DNA of 32,000 nt, from NCBI RefSeq assembly GCF_900187275.1, contig NZ_LT906458.1, positions 1,050,001 through 1,082,000 of the forward strand, read 5' to 3'. The notes under the pieces were generated by a model. It searched no databases and was not told the origin of the DNA. It worked only from the letters and a program-made list of their open reading frames with translations. Origin of the DNA: Pasteurella multocida. Lineage in GTDB: Bacteria > Pseudomonadota > Gammaproteobacteria > Enterobacterales > Pasteurellaceae. Numbering within the stretch: position 1 is the stretch's first letter; every line of letters begins with the position of its first letter. Position numbers and translations under genes: made by a program. Of the stretch, positions 31,051-32,000 are shown piece by piece.

Positions 31051-31087
31051 AAAAAGCGGTCACCTCTTTAACAAGGGACCGCTTTTT
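31051..31087. terminator. Bidirectional terminator between convergent cdd and serS
   Basis: AAAAAGCGGTC (31051-31061) / GACCGCTTTTT (31077-31087). Confidence 0.85.
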
Positions 31088-31101
31088 TAAACGCGAAATG
31101 A

Positions 31102-32000
<899 letters not shown>

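Overview
This 32 kb window looks like ordinary, gene-dense core chromosome from a Pasteurellaceae bacterium. The organism assignment rests on protein resemblance (Pasteurella/Haemophilus-like) and on many Hin-type DNA uptake sequences (AAGTGCGGT); no database was queried. Gene order: ampG-like permease (5'-truncated), adk, then on the minus strand sucA-sucB / VOC gene / sucC-sucD, then gltA, a DctP/DctQ/DctM TRAP transporter, minus-strand MBL hydrolase, ycbK-like, ycbB/ldtD-like, prc and proQ, plus-strand pqiA/yebS (letA)-like and seven-MCE-domain yebT (letB)-like genes, minus-strand pepT, plus-strand potABC-potD-potD2 and cdd, and the 3' part of serS on the minus strand. I saw no prophage, transposase, CRISPR array, toxin-antitoxin pair, defence island, rRNA or tRNA, and no convincing novel biological system. 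The observations worth a second look are modest: uptake sequences built into terminator-like hairpins (including a doubly altered pair and one kept by G-U wobble in the sense transcript), stem-loops inside the suc, dct and pot transcription units, a tandem duplication of the polyamine-binding protein gene, and a VOC gene splitting the suc cluster.
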